Positions 29,746 through 43,670 of a stretch of DNA of 64,000 bases are shown one piece after another. Both the position numbers and the translations under genes were made by a program. Every line of letters starts with the position of its first letter. Position 1 is the first letter of the stretch. Source of the DNA: the human T2T-CHM13v2.0 reference genome, Homo sapiens; NCBI RefSeq assembly GCF_009914755.1, contig NC_060937.1; one strand, given 5' to 3'. Under the pieces are notes generated by a model that was not told where the DNA came from, searched no databases, and was given only the letters and a program-made list of their open reading frames with translations.

Positions 29746-30479
29746 GATCCCACTTTTAAATATGATCATAGGGTTCTGTACAGTCATTGTGGCCAAGTCT
29801 TTGTCATCATTCCAACAACTCTGTGAGCGCTTCCTTGGAGTACCACTAGATATCTGTAATTCCCCAATGCTGTATGTTAAATTTTCCCCAGCCAAGCCAG
29901 GGGCAAGATTAACTAGTGAAAATGATGGCTCGACATAAGTGTACATGTGCCTCCAATTCCTCAGAAAGAACAATCATTGTCTTCAGGGAAGAGGTTCCCT
30001 AGACTCATTGTAAGCAAAAGGCCTGGGGTCAGATTGGAAACATGATTTCCATTTTGGGATTTTCTAAGAGAAATTCTACCTGGGACTGTATCAACAAGTC
30101 CAAATTGCTTCACCTTTAAATGGCAAAATTACCATGAATTTGATTTGGAGATATTTGAAATATTCAGATTATTTCAATCTCATTTTCTTTTTAGTAACCC
30201 CCCTCACCAAATGCTTTAAAAATAGCTTTAAATAAGTCTGAAAAATATCATTGTTTTGAGCAATCATGCTAAAAATAAAAGGTTATAGATTACCGTATTG
30301 ACTTCCTAGGAAGACTTATGAAGGAGCTTCTAAATGGGGACTAATAAAAGAGAAAAAGTCATGTAAAAGAGAGTGGGTGAGAGGATGAGTTGAAGCTGGA
30401 AGCCACTTAGCTCAAGGTTTTTCTCTCCTTAGTCTCCAGTTTTATGGTTGTTGTTATGGTTGTTTTCTTGTTTCAATTT

Positions 30480-31140
30480 CATTTTAAAAAGCGGGAGGGA
30501 GGCCTAAGAACCGGTGGCGGAGGCCTGGATCCTGTTTGGCGCTGAGGCACCCAGTAACGAAGGACATGTATCCTTTCTGGGTTTCATTGGCAGGTGTGCT
30601 GTGTTTCGTCTTCCTTTTGAAGTTCCACAGTGACTCACAGTTGGAGGCAGGCACCTAGCAGCAAGCTTCAGAGGAAAACCAGCATCTCATGGTGCCTTCT
30701 CAGTGGCCACAGCAACGGCAGACTGTGCATTTGGATGAACGTCTGGTCCTCTGAAGAAAGGCACAAAACACAGGCCCCCTCTCTCTTGACATAGCATCAT
30801 CCCTCAGTAGGAGTGGCCCTAATAATGCTTGGAGATTCATGCAGCGAGTGTGATCACCCTAGATCTCAGCCACCCTAGATCCTCAGCCACTCAGCAAGGG
30901 GATAAAAGCTCCCTTGCTGGGCTCCGGCTCCCCACACCTGGCAGTGGGAGCAGCAACAGTGATATTCACCAACAGAAATCCCATCTGCCCCTTTGAGTCA
31001 GCACACATTGCCTCTCCGAGGAGCGTCCCCAACAACGGAGAGGTGCCACACATTCAACCCTTCACATCCTATTAAACACACGACAGTTTGCACATGTTAA
31101 ACACACGCTCAGTCGTGGCCAGACCCAATTCTCTTTTTCT
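30480..31140. promoter_or_regulatory. Candidate enhancer (AP-1 and NF-E2/NRF2 motifs, locally GC/CpG-richer unique DNA)
   Basis: TGACTCA at 30631-30637; TGAGTCAGCA at 30994-31003; more CpGs than the flanks; motif evidence only. Confidence 0.3.
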
Positions 31141-31315
31141 GAACTGCATCTGAATGGTTTATTTGAGCTCCACCCCAAACTGTAGCGTATTGATAGACAG
31201 AAAAACACAGCCTCATAACTGGGAAACTTAGGTCTCAGCTAACTGAAGATTCTCAGGAGAAAGTTTCAGTTGAGCTGTGTGAAAGTTTAGTCTTTTAACT
31301 AGATCATGAATCCAT

Positions 31316-31318
<3 letters not shown>

Positions 31319-31346
<28 letters not shown>
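31319..31346. repeat. (AC)14 microsatellite; a second imperfect AC tract lies at ~31398-31420
   Basis: Read directly. Confidence 0.95.
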
Positions 31347-32659
31347 GTATAGTGGTGCCTGTAGTTACTATTTGGCAGACTGGGAAGCAGTTATTATACA
31401 CACACACAAACACACACACATAAAATCTTTGTCTTAATATTTCTGAATGTTGATGTGTTTTTCACCCAATAGTTTAAGTACACTGTAAAATATCCCATCA
31501 CACATTTGAACAAAAAATGGAATCCTGTGTTCAGACATATATTGGAAACTAAGTACTTGTTTCCCTTTACTTATCATTTGCATTCTTTCAGTGCTAGTGT
31601 GTTAATACTATATGAACATTCACAAAACCCCACTAGGACTGTACTGTAGGAATGCTTTATGCATGTGACAATTTAGCTAAGGTGATCTATGAACTCATAC
31701 TGTTTTATACAATTTGAGCTAAACTGAACTCTTTGAAACTTGGAAACATTCAAGAATCCCACTTGTAAAAATATCCAGGGATTTTAAGTTTGTACTAAAA
31801 TGACAGATTTATAATGAGCAGAAACAGCCATTTCTGTTCTGACTGCCATGTTTCTGACAAAAACAAAACTAGGAAGCACCTACCTCAGCAAAGCCAGTCA
31901 CTCCTTGAAAGCGTGGGTAATTATTCTATTCAAGCCAGACACTTATCAGTCATCAAAAATGTGAACAGCTTTGATTGACAAAACAAGGTGCTTCCCTTAC
32001 TCAAGTATAATCTCAGAATGCAAATTCCTTGATTTCTCATTTTCTGCTGGGTATTGTGTTACTGCAATTCATTGTGGAAACAACTGATTTTTCTTAGGTG
32101 GCTTTTTCACTTTCAAAGTACTTTAAGGAAAGGAAAATGCTGTGATTATTCATTTTCAGTTATTTAAAAAAAAAAAAAGCTCTGACCAATTTGCAAGACT
32201 TTAAAGAAATCCTGGAGGAACTAATTAGCATTCATTCACTCATTCATTCATTCGTCCCGAAAATAGTTATTTATTGAATACTTACTACATACCTGTAATC
32301 ACTATTCTAGAAATGAAGGAACAGTTGTTGCAAATTATATGTGTATTTAAGACCCTTACATATACTGGTGAGCGTGTGAGGTGACTGATAACAAGAAAAT
32401 CAGCAGTTGACAGGCTGTTTGGGAAAATATAATAGGGAGGTGTGAGGGAGTCTGGAAGCGCATGTGGTCTGAGGACACAGCCAGAGGAGGGCCTGAGAGG
32501 TGCACACCAGGGAGCCAGCATGAAAGAACCTCATACACCAGGTTGTGCTGGTGAGTTTGGATGGTTCCTAAGGGTAGAATGATGGGAGACTGCCATGAGA
32601 AGAGAAGAGAAGATAAACAGGTGGCAGCACCTTCCTGGGCAGTAGCCAAAGAAGGCATC

Positions 32660-32830
32660 TTTTTTTTTTTTTTTTTTTTTTTTTGAGACAGGGTCTCATT
32701 CTGTCACCAAGGCTGGAGTGCAGTGGTGCAATCTCAGCTCACTGCAACATCAACATCCTGGGCTCAAGTGATCCTCCCACCTCAGCCTCCTGAGTAGCTG
32801 GGACTACAGAGGCTCACCACCATGCCTGGC

Positions 32831-32861
<31 letters not shown>

Positions 32862-33010
32862 TTTGTTTATTTATTTTTATTTATTTATTTTTTGGCGACG
32901 GGGTCTCCCTATGTTGCTCAGGCTGGTCTTGAACTCCCGGGCTCAAGTGATCTGCCCGCCTCAGCTTCCCAACGTGCTGGGATTACAGGCATGCGCCACT
33001 GTGCCGGGCC
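32660..33010 (-). mobile_element. AluJ with expanded (TTTA)n middle region
   Basis: J-type 'gggctcaagtgatcctcccacc'; TTTA array at ~32830-32892; TSD-like aaggcat(c/a)tttt. Confidence 0.93.
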
Positions 33011-33165
33011 AAAGGCATATTTTAGGAAATAACATTTAAGCAAAGACCAGAAAGAATGGATTCAGGTTTGCAAAATGAGAGTGAAGGTGCCCCAGGCAGT
33101 GAGAACCCTGTAGGTGGAAGCTTAGGGTAAAGAAAAATTTTGTGGTCTGGAAAACAGAAAGACGA

Positions 33166-33618
33166 TACATTAACTTCCTGCTGTTGACATAATAAAGTAC
33201 CACTAGCTTGGTATCTTAAAATGACAGAAATTTATTCTTTCACAATTCAGAGGCTCCAAGTCCAAAATTAAGGTATCAACAGGGCCATTCTCTGTAAGTT
33301 TTGGGTAGAATTTACCCTTGCCACTGCCCAGCTTCTGGTGGTCTTTGGATCCCTGGTTTTCCTTGGCCTGCCGCCGCATCATGCTGATTCTGCTTCTATG
33401 GCCACGTGCTATTCTTCTCATGTGTCTGTGTCTTCACATAGCCATCTTCCCCTTCTATAAGGACGCTGATCATATTGGATTAGGGCCCACCCTAATGACC
33501 TCATGCTAATTACATCCAAAAAGACCCTATTTCCAAATAAGATCACATTCACAGGTACCAGTGGTGAGGACTTGAACATGTATTTGCAGCAGGGGAGGGA
33601 ACAATTCAACCCATGACC
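33166..33618 (-). mobile_element. MLT1C MaLR LTR
   Basis: 'cagaaatttattctttcacaattcagaggctccaagtccaaaattaagg...ttggattagggcccaccctaatgacctcat...aagaccctatttccaaataagatcacattcacaggtacc...caattcaacccatgac'. Confidence 0.88.
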
Positions 33619-36372
33619 CAGGGGCCCCCAAGGCGGGGGCTGGTGAGCAAGTTGGAAAGGGGTTTGGCTTTGTGGTGATGAGAATGGGTGTGGGCCACGG
33701 CATTGCAGCCTGTGGTGAGCAGTTAGGATTGTATTCTAAGTGAATAAAGAGCCCTTATATAAAGAAATAGCACCCTGAAGTTTGCATTTTTACATGGGTT
33801 TTTAGATGCTGGGAAGGAACTAATTAGGTTGGAAGTAAGAATGGTGGTAGAGAAAAGAAGCTACTGCCGTGCTGGGGATGAAAGGCCACAGGGTGAAGAA
33901 CACCCTGGAGGAGACAGGCACATATTTTGAAGAAAGAAACAACAGGATTTGGCAATAGGCTAGACACGGAGATAAGGGACAGAAAACTGTCAAAGATGAC
34001 TCCTTGGTTTCTGACAGGGGCAACTGGATAGACTGTAATGTCATATACTAAGAAAAAAAAGAACAGGGTCTGAGCAGGTTTGGAGAGATGATCAAGAGTG
34101 AGTTTTGCATATCTCCGGCACCTGGCATGCAGTACTTGGAAGTTAGGAGGCATTAAATAAATGATATCTTTTATGTTTTTAAAAAAGTGAGCTTTGGACA
34201 TAATAAACTGGAGATGCTTAGGAGACATTCAAGAATATATTCGATGATAGCAGTCAGACAAATGAGTCTGGAATCAAGAGAAATTTGAGCTGAAAATGTG
34301 CATTTTGAAGATTTTAAAATATATGCGAGATAAACCCTATTTTATTTGTAAAGATCGCTTCAATGTGCTATTATTTCTAGATACAATGATAGTTATGGAT
34401 ACACTTGTTAGCTACATGTAACAAAACCAAAATATTTAAGTTCAATTCAAGATAGCTCAGGAAGACAAACTGGTGACACGAAAAAGATGACAAGATATTG
34501 TTTCCGGGACTCGCAAAAATTAGTGTCAGGCCTAAAGCAAGTCTAAATCATTGATTCTGTTATTGTTGCTCAATCTTTACATTTGTATGCTAATTGGGAT
34601 GCATTTTAAAGTGTGTAGGAAACAAAGAGGGTATTACATTTATAAGTATTTACTAATCATGTAAAAAGTATGCTGGGCAAATTCTACCAGGAGTGGTTTT
34701 CACGAATTTTTTAAACTCTCTGCAAGATCACCTTCTTATATGGCCATGTTCAAAGTCAAGATTTCTCTCAGCAGCTCAGGCCAAGACTTGTACCATTTTG
34801 TAAAATGCTTTTGTTTCACGTACAAATCCTCCCAAGACCAGACTAAAGAGACCAGATTACTAAGACTCAAGTCTACAAAGAAAAATATTGTACTTGTTAA
34901 AAAGATGGCTTGCTAATTCTATAAACTCTGATTTTAAACCGCTCATCTTCTTGTGTTTTCTGCATCCCCCTGACATCCACATGAGGGGCAGCTGGGATTT
35001 GAGGAACAACATTTTGGTTCAGGCAAATTTTGTTTCAATTTGTATTTCAGAACATATCTGTTTTAATGTAACAGTGTGATAAAGTGGGCAAACAGTTGGA
35101 GCCAGTGAGATCCTTAAATAGAATATTAAAAAATTGTCTTTATTTATTTGATGGTGTTAAAACATTTAATGTTCAGCAAAGTTTTCAAAAATATATATCT
35201 TAAAATACGTTTTATATATTTATCTACCTATAATAAATCTTGAATACATACATGTATTGTTGATGCATAAATATGCATATGAATTATATGTATATATGTA
35301 TGTATATATATTTCTTAAATTTAAGTGATAAGTTTATCTTTACAGTAAAATCATTGCTAGAGTCAGTCTCTAGCTGACATTGTATGCTTTCAAAATGGAA
35401 TGTTTTCTATTGTTTTTAATCTGGGGTGATACCAAAGTGCTTTCAAATATTATATATTTAAAAAATAGATTATTATCTTGGAGGCTTTTTAGGAAGAGAA
35501 GATAGTGCGGAGTTACTTTGTAAAATATGGGGGTGATGAGCCAGGCTAATGTGGTTATTGTGGTCATAGACTTTTGCCTGGATCAAAACCACAAGCATCA
35601 AGAACAAGTAGAGTTTCAAACATCAAATCATTACAATAAATATAATTAACTACTGTAGAGAGGCCAAGCTCAGGAATCTGGGGGAGTCTAAAGACATTGA
35701 AGCATATTTTAAAATTATTTTCAGAGAACAGAAATTACATGGTTCCTGAAAGCAATGCTTACACTCAATCTGATTCCATTCATTAGAAAATTTATCCTGG
35801 ATATTCAGTGTCTCAAGTGAGCGCATGTGGCATCCAATTTGGAGGAATCTGTGTGTTTGTTTTGGGGCTGACTTTAACACTGGGTTATATTTCGTCATTA
35901 GAATCAGCTATTGTAACCAGTTGGCATAAGACTGGCCTTGATTGGTTTGCCTGGTTTAGTTTAATAAAGGGATTCAGTTCCAGGGTTGGCAATGCTAAGG
36001 GAATTGGATAGAACAAGGAGGCGGGGCAGTTGGGGAGGGGTGGAAAGGCTGGATAACAGCAAACTTTGTCAAAAAGGTAAAGTGCAATCATTAATTTAAA
36101 ACGTCTTTTGTGATGTTGTCATTGCTTTGCATTATATGTTATCGTAACTAAAGACTGAACAGACACAATACCAAAGATATGACAATCAGAAAAGTTGCCT
36201 GCAGCAATTTTGACTCCAAATATAAAAGTCATGATTTTAAATAATGCTTTTGAAATTAAACTTCTTCAAGCCGAAATCATAGCTCAGAAATTCAGTGTTT
36301 CAACAGAATACTAGAAAATTTTAGAAAATAATGTTCAGAATTTTTAAGCCTAGGATGCTATTTTGAAGATAA

Positions 36373-36720
<348 letters not shown>

Positions 36721-36834
36721 TTATGTATTTAATTACCCGGGGAATTCTCTTATTCCTTTACTTACAAGTTGATATTGTAGTCATTCTTTTATAACATACA
36801 GACAGACATCTCCAACTCATCCTGTCTTGCGGAC

Positions 36835-36992
36835 CATGCTTTCAGAGACACCTTAATTTGAAATTCACTTACGGATCTTGTAAGACGCAAATTCTGATAC
36901 AGTAGATCTGGAGTGGGCCTGAGGTTCTGAATCTGACAAGCTCTCAGACGATGCCAACACCACTTGTTTGAGGACCACTCTATAAGCAGCAA
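36835..36992. mobile_element. MER5A/B hAT-Charlie MITE
   Basis: 'gcaaattctgatacagtagatctggagtgggcctgaggttctgaatctgacaagctctcagacgatgcc...gaggaccactctataagcagca'. Confidence 0.75.
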
Positions 36993-37107
36993 AATCGCCA
37001 AGAGTTCTTTGTCTTCTTCCCCAAACTTGTTTTCCATCCTGTGCCCCATCTTCCAGATAACAGCATTATTTGTCCATAAGCATAATCACATACATATCTC
37101 TCTGTAG

Positions 37108-37545
<438 letters not shown>

Positions 37546-37859
37546 TGCCTTTCCAAGCTCTTATATTTGTCCTCATAATACTCAGAAAAGCTTTGTAATT
37601 ATCTCTTTATCTGACCAGTGTCTTATTTCACTAGTTTATACTCTACATATGACAACACAAAGATCTTTCCAAAGCACAACTTTTTATCATACTATTGTAT
37701 GGCCTCAGTACCATTCACTCAATCTAAACTTTCTTCTCTGTTTTTCATGGTGATAAAACTCTTACCTCTCTTTCAGTTTCCCACAAGGAAGCCTCCTCTT
37801 TAAAACCTATTCATCTACCCTTAATAGCAGAAAGAGTATTATCTCCTTAGGGCTTTTGT

Positions 37860-38042
37860 AACATTCACTAATATGTCTTTCATGGATCCAGCAACACTTT
37901 ATAATAATTACTTATCATTTTTGCCTTCTTTCTAGACCTCAAATGTTGAAAGGTAGGACTGGATCCTTCTTATTATTTCATTCTCAAAACCCAGTACAGT
38001 GCTTGGTAGTGAGTAAATTCACCATAAATGTTGAATGATAGA
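37860..38042 (+). mobile_element. L2 3' end
   Basis: 'ctagacctcaaatgttgaaaggtaggact...cccagtacagtgcttggtagtgagtaaattcaccataaatgttgaatga'. Confidence 0.65.
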
Positions 38043-38759
38043 GTTTAAAAAAATTAAATGATCTAGTTCATTTAACAGGAAAAACTGCTTTCCATATCTA
38101 AGATAAAAATAAAAATTAAAATGTTGACTACAATTTATCCGTGTCCTTAGCTCAAACAATTTCTCCTATAATTTTTAAATTATAGGACTGTGAGTCCCTG
38201 TTAAACATGAAGCATTTAAGATAAGAATAGTTGAAAATGCAAAACCTTCATTTTCAATAAGTCTTGAATATTTCGTTTCAAAGCTTCAGATTTTTAAAAT
38301 CAAATTAATTTAAGTCCTTATAATTAGTGAAATTATATAAAACAAGTTAACTTGAAGTAAGGGATAACTATTTGTCAACTACTAATAAGCACATGCAGTA
38401 CACAAGTCATTTTCAGTGCATGTTTTTTATTGTGTGACTACCATATTTCAAACACCAGCCTCATGCTAAAAGGAGCAAGAACCAATCTTTGCCAATGAAT
38501 GACTCATGGTGCCATGGAGGAGGCTTGATACTTCCCCCAGCTTACTCTGTGCCTCAACAAGGTGTATAAAAAGAATGCACGCATGGCCTGCTGTTGGGAA
38601 TGTTCTTGGACCAGGAGGCCAGTAGAAGTGTCTGGAGGGAAAAGTGGAAGGTGAAGCTAACAAGAATAGTAAGCCATCAGTTTCAACACACACACACAAA
38701 CTAGCACTGAGAGAATGAGCCACTTCTTTACAACTCATATTTGCTCTCTATACAGTGTT

Positions 38760-38900
38760 TTTATACTCACTTGCTTATTTCATCCTTTCAGTAATTCTGA
38801 AAGGGGAATAGAGAAAATATGATTTTCCTGATTGTGCAGAGGTGTAATTGAAATGTTTTGTTCAATGTTACACAGGTATAATCAGAACCCCTGTGTGCAG
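38760..38900 (-). mobile_element. MIR fragment
   Basis: 'cttatttcatcctttcagtaattctgaaagg...attgtgcagaggtgtaattgaa...ttcaatgttacacag'. Confidence 0.5.
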
Positions 38901-41334
38901 GTGTAAACATAGCCTCTCCTCCACAATATCGCCTTTTGGCCCTTGGGTCTAATCACCACACTTGCCTTTCCAAGGTGGCATCCGGCAAGACTGCTGTCAC
39001 CAACAGGAACACCAGCAATCTGAGCAATCCCACAATGCAACGCTGCAATCTGGTGTGGGGTAAACTGCGGCTACTTGAAACCATGTTGTTTACCTGCCAT
39101 CTTGAAATTTGATCTTTTTTTCGTTTTGCTTTGTATTTTGCTTTCCCAGTTGTTTATATCTTAGCCAATGAAATGAATTAGAAGATATGTGATCAAGACA
39201 AATGAAAAAGTCTTGCACAAGTGTGAGCAGAAGGAAGGAAAAGGTACCTGGGCCAAAGTGGATATGGAAGAATTAGCAAAACTGTCGATAGTGATGCTAG
39301 TGACAACCACTCTGAGTTGGCATCTGTCTTAAACTAAAAAACAGGTTCAGTTGTCTCAATAGGAGTTCACAGTTTTAATGTTTACCTTTAGACATGAAAA
39401 CTGCAATAATGAATTTAATACAACAAAAAAGCAGAACTACAAGGTCAGGCACCATCTCATGGACTTTTCCTCATGAAGATAAGCCCAAATCTTGCAGGTA
39501 GCAATTCAAAATTAAAAATCAGCAGGTTAAAATGTTGATAGGCTTTTGGAATCTGAATTACACATTTCTTTCCTTTTATTCTTCATCCATGTTTGGATTT
39601 GTTTTCAATTACTGCTGCAAAACACTTCCCCTGCAGCACAGGAAAAATGTGAAATTCTAAAGGCTGCTACTATTTTTCTGGCCTATCTGTTTAATCACTT
39701 GACCATCTAAATACTATATTTTGATTGTAAAAGTGGTCTCAAGAGAGGCTGGATTGAAGGCAGTTAATTTTCTTTAAAGGAAACAAGTGGCATAAACAGA
39801 ATACTGACGGGGCAGAAACCAGAGCTGTCAGAGTCCATATGCCTTATATTTTTAGAACAGGATGCAGCAAAACAGAAGGAAAGGGATCTAGGTAAATAAA
39901 TGAGACACCGTTTGTGACAAGCAAAAGCTTTTTTTTACCTACTGAACAAACATGAAGACTCCAGTAGTCTTTGGCAGCAACTCCATAGGACAAAGCCAAG
40001 ACTGAGAGCTGTTATTTATGTAGTGATCCAATCTTTTTCCTGAATGTCTTTATATATAAAAGGCAGACCATTAACAATGGAATATTAACCAATTTAAATG
40101 TAATAGCTTGCCCATGTGGAGACGCTGCTGCTGAAATGTATCCCAACAATTATTTACGGGTCTCCACGGCTCTTTATCTGAAAGAGGGAGGCAGGAGCCG
40201 CGACCACAAAGATATTTTTTTTCCTCTCTTATGATCCATGATAGATATAAACAAGATGATGGTGCTCTGAATCTATTTAATTGACCTGACTGTAATAAAT
40301 TGCAGCTGGATCTTTTCCCTTTATTGTGCTCTAAAGCCACTCACACTTCAGGCATTAGGAAGTCATCATATTCTGAAAGGTTTATCTCAGAGTCATAGAA
40401 TCACAGACGGCCAGAGCTGCAAGGGGCCTTTTTCATCCTTCTTTTGCTTTCCCAGAAAGCCAGGTTTAGGTTTGGCTGTCAGCCCATGAAAACCTTCCAA
40501 ACAGTTATCAAGAACAAAATGGGTTTCCAAAGCCTGCATTATAGAATATATAAAAGCTTTTATTATTTATTTTAAAGTGTAGACATAACATCTGCATACA
40601 TTTTGTGGATGAGATTTTAAAAGAAAAGAAAAAAAAACTCATTGGCAACTAATAAGGTGTTTGTGAACAAACAGGTAAGTTGGATCACTGATATTTGTCT
40701 TTTTCAACATAAATCAAGACCCATATTTTGATATTGCCTTGGACTTTGTCTTCCATTTAAAAGCACGAACATAAATATGTCTGTAGAAAAGCACGTCTTA
40801 CGGTCGTGTCTACCTGAGGCAATGAAAGTCAGCTGGGTCTGTACAATTGAGTTCATTTTAGCCAGAGGCTCCTAGTCTGTCTGCACAGATGCCAAACAGC
40901 ACAAATTGGGACTTGCACCGAGACACATTCATCACAAACAGGAGCATGCCTGAGCACAACTTCATCTAATTTGGCAGCGTCAACAGCTCCCAGGAAACAA
41001 CAGTAGCATGGGCAGGAGCTCCCAGCATCGTCTTACCAGCAAGAAGTCGCTTCTGAGCAAAACGCTCAGGTGTTTCACCAGGGATGGATGCAAGGTCGAA
41101 CGTTATCAACAATGATTTTAACAGTGCCTAGTTAATGAAGACAATGATGGTTCAACCACCAGTTTTATCTGTCAGGCACTTTCATACACAGGTAGTGATA
41201 CATGAACAACAGAATTGTATTCAGATAACGATGGTCTACAGTGGCATTTTCTCTGCTGAATTCCAGCTGGTGAGTGAAGCATTTTGACGAATGTATAGCC
41301 ACGTTCTGTCAGAGTTACCACAAATGCTATAGAA

Positions 41335-41654
41335 TTGTGCAGTCCAGTGGGGTAACCATTAGCCACAGGTGGCTATTGAGCACTGTCAATGGGGCTAATC
41401 AAAACTGAGATGTACTGTGCATATAAAATACATGTGGGATTTCGAAGAATTAGTGTGAAAAAGGATGTAAGTTGTGCCATTAATAATTTTATGTTGAATA
41501 TATGTTAAAATGCTTGGATGTCTTGGATTATACAAAATACATTATTGAAATTAATTTTGCCAATTTGCATTTTTTAATGTGACTACTAGAAAAATTTAAA
41601 TTACATGTGTGGCTCATATTCATGGCTCATATTGTTTTTAATTGGGCAATGCAA
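41335..41654. mobile_element. MER33 hAT-Charlie DNA transposon
   Basis: 'tagccacaggtggctattgagcact...ggatttcgaagaattagt...atgtgactactagaaaaatttaaattacatgtgtggctc'; perfect 8-bp TSD ctatagaa at 41327-41334 and 41655-41662. Confidence 0.9.
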
Positions 41655-41924
41655 CTATAGAATGTATGGCTAATTTTTAAGCCAAAAATTATCAGCTTTA
41701 TTTATTTTTGCAGTCATGCTGAATACAATTTAGTTTTCCAAGTGGATCAGAAATTATTTTCATATTTTTCACAACCTCAAAATAAGTTTTTGGGATGTTG
41801 AATTATGGATTTATAGATTTTATTCCACATCAGATAAGCTATGTAACTTTTGCATGTAATCGACATTCTCTGAAGACAAAGGATAGCATTCTACAGATAA
41901 ATAGTAAAGAAAACAAATTAATGT

Positions 41925-42300
41925 ATTCATTCAAAAAAATGTGCTTTGGGCCTATTTGGCACTAGGTAGTGTGCTGTGTTCTGGAGGGCAATAAAAAAAT
42001 AAGGCAAGTTTCCTGCTTTCAAAGAGTTCTCTGTCGCATGGAAAGGATGATCTTGCATACAGATGAAACTACAAAAAAAAAAAAAAAAAAAAAGGAAAGA
42101 AAACTAAGGAAGAGAAACAAGATCAAAATATACGTGGAAACACCGTGATGGAAACAACTGACTAGCCGGTGGAATGGGAGGTGACCTGGGAGCTGGATTT
42201 GAAGTGTAGTCTTCCCAATAACCCTACAATGTGACAGGACCGTCGTTTTGAAGATGAGGAGGTCGAGGTTTGGTGAGGTAAAATCCCTGGCACATAAACA
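41925..42300 (-). mobile_element. L2 3' end
   Basis: 'ttcattcaaaaaaatgtgctttgggcctatttggcactaggtagtgtgctgtgttctggagg...ttcctgctttcaaagagttctc'. Confidence 0.6.
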
Positions 42301-42766
42301 GAGGTGGGGGAAGCAAGGACACAAACCCAGATGAAAAGGACCGTGAATCCTATCATTGCACAAGCTCCATTAAGGAAGGCCAGTGATGGGAACGCGGAGG
42401 GACAGTCCTTACAGAGGAAGTGTCATCCTAAGGAACTCAACAACAAAAAGCTCTGTGTGTCCAGGAGGGCAGGGTGATTCTCTTTGCTGATCATGAGGCC
42501 TGGTGAAATAAATTGGAGGATGAAAAATCAGTTCCATTCTCTGTAACACCACAATTTTCAAAAGGTTAAGACCACTGTCTTGCTAAGACTCTACTTGCCA
42601 TGACATTCAGCTTCATCTGCATTTCTCCCATGCCCCCAGCGGCCGTCCTGTAACCCAGCTATACGTGTTTCTGGGCAGGCCACTCGCTTGTGATGAAGGC
42701 TGGGAGGCTGGAGGCTCTTTCCTCCAAATGCTTGTTCATCAAAAGTCCTCAGCCAGGGATCCCTAA

Positions 42767-43056
42767 AAGGAGAGCGACAAAGTATTTCTGCAAAGGTCCA
42801 GATGGTAAATATTTTCAGTTTTGTAGGCCAGTAGGTCTCTGCCAGAAGTATTCAACTCTCCTGTTGGAGAATGAAAGTAGCCATAGAAAATACAGGGGGA
42901 AAAAAAAAGGGCTTGGCTGTATGTATTCATCTACATTGTATTTGTGGATACTAAAATTTGAATTTCATACAATTTTCACGTATCACAAAATATTATTCTT
43001 TTGAGTATTTTCAATGAACTAAAGATATAAGAAGCATTCTTAGCCCACTGAGCCCA
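42767..43056. mobile_element. MER58B hAT-Charlie MITE
   Basis: 'ttctgcaaaggtccagatggtaaatattttcagttttgtaggcc...aaatttgaatttcatacaattttcacgtatcacaaaatattattc...cattcttagccc'. Confidence 0.85.
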
Positions 43057-43470
43057 TCCCTACATGCACCTCCTCTGGGACAGTCATCTTTAGCAGGTAC
43101 ACCTAGGTCCCCTCACTTATTACTTGGGTGAAGTCATTTTTGAGAATCTTCATCATTTTTCTACCTTAATTTCAGAAACATACAAGAATAATCTATGAGC
43201 ACATACTAACAGGTTGATACTCCCCTTAAAGGTGGCAGTGAAAATGGATTAAAATCCTCCTAATGTGGTCTTCTAGGACTGGCTATCCTGCAAGCATCTG
43301 GATAGAATGTTTGATTCACACTGTCTAAAATTGTATTTGCACTATTTGCTGAACTGTGCTTAGAAGTGCTCAAAGAAAAATGTTCTAAACTTGTAAAATT
43401 GTGGGTTTTTCCTTATTTTTATGCTAGTTAATATTCATCAGCTCCTCAGAGGAGAAAAAGCAGGTCCATA

Positions 43471-43511
43471 TACTCTATTGCCATATCTACTCTATTGCCA
43501 TATCTACTCTA
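43471..43511. repeat. 17-bp tandem duplication (tactctattgccatatc)x2.4
   Basis: Read directly. Confidence 0.85.
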
Positions 43512-43577
43512 CCTGCTAGGCTCTCAGAGTAACTTATATTTACCTAGCAGTTCCAAGGAACAAAACTCTTCCAAGAG

Positions 43578-43670
43578 TCATTTATTTAATCCTTGCAACA
43601 GAACTAGGAGGTGGTTCTTATTATCTCTTGCCTACAAATAAAGAATCTGAGGCTGATACAGTGACAGGCA
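43578..43670 (-). mobile_element. MIR fragment
   Basis: 'atttaatccttgcaacagaactaggaggtggttcttattatctc...tacaaataaagaatctgaggct'. Confidence 0.7.

Larger units (their letters stand above)
32229..34320 (-). mobile_element. L2 LINE 3' portion, interrupted by AluJ and MLT1C
   Basis: (CATT)n tail 'cattcattcactcattcattcattc...tttattgaatacttactac'; internal 'tgtcaaagatgactccttggtttctgac', 'gatcaagagtgagttttg', 'gagctttggacataataaactggagatgcttaggagacattcaag'. Confidence 0.75.
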
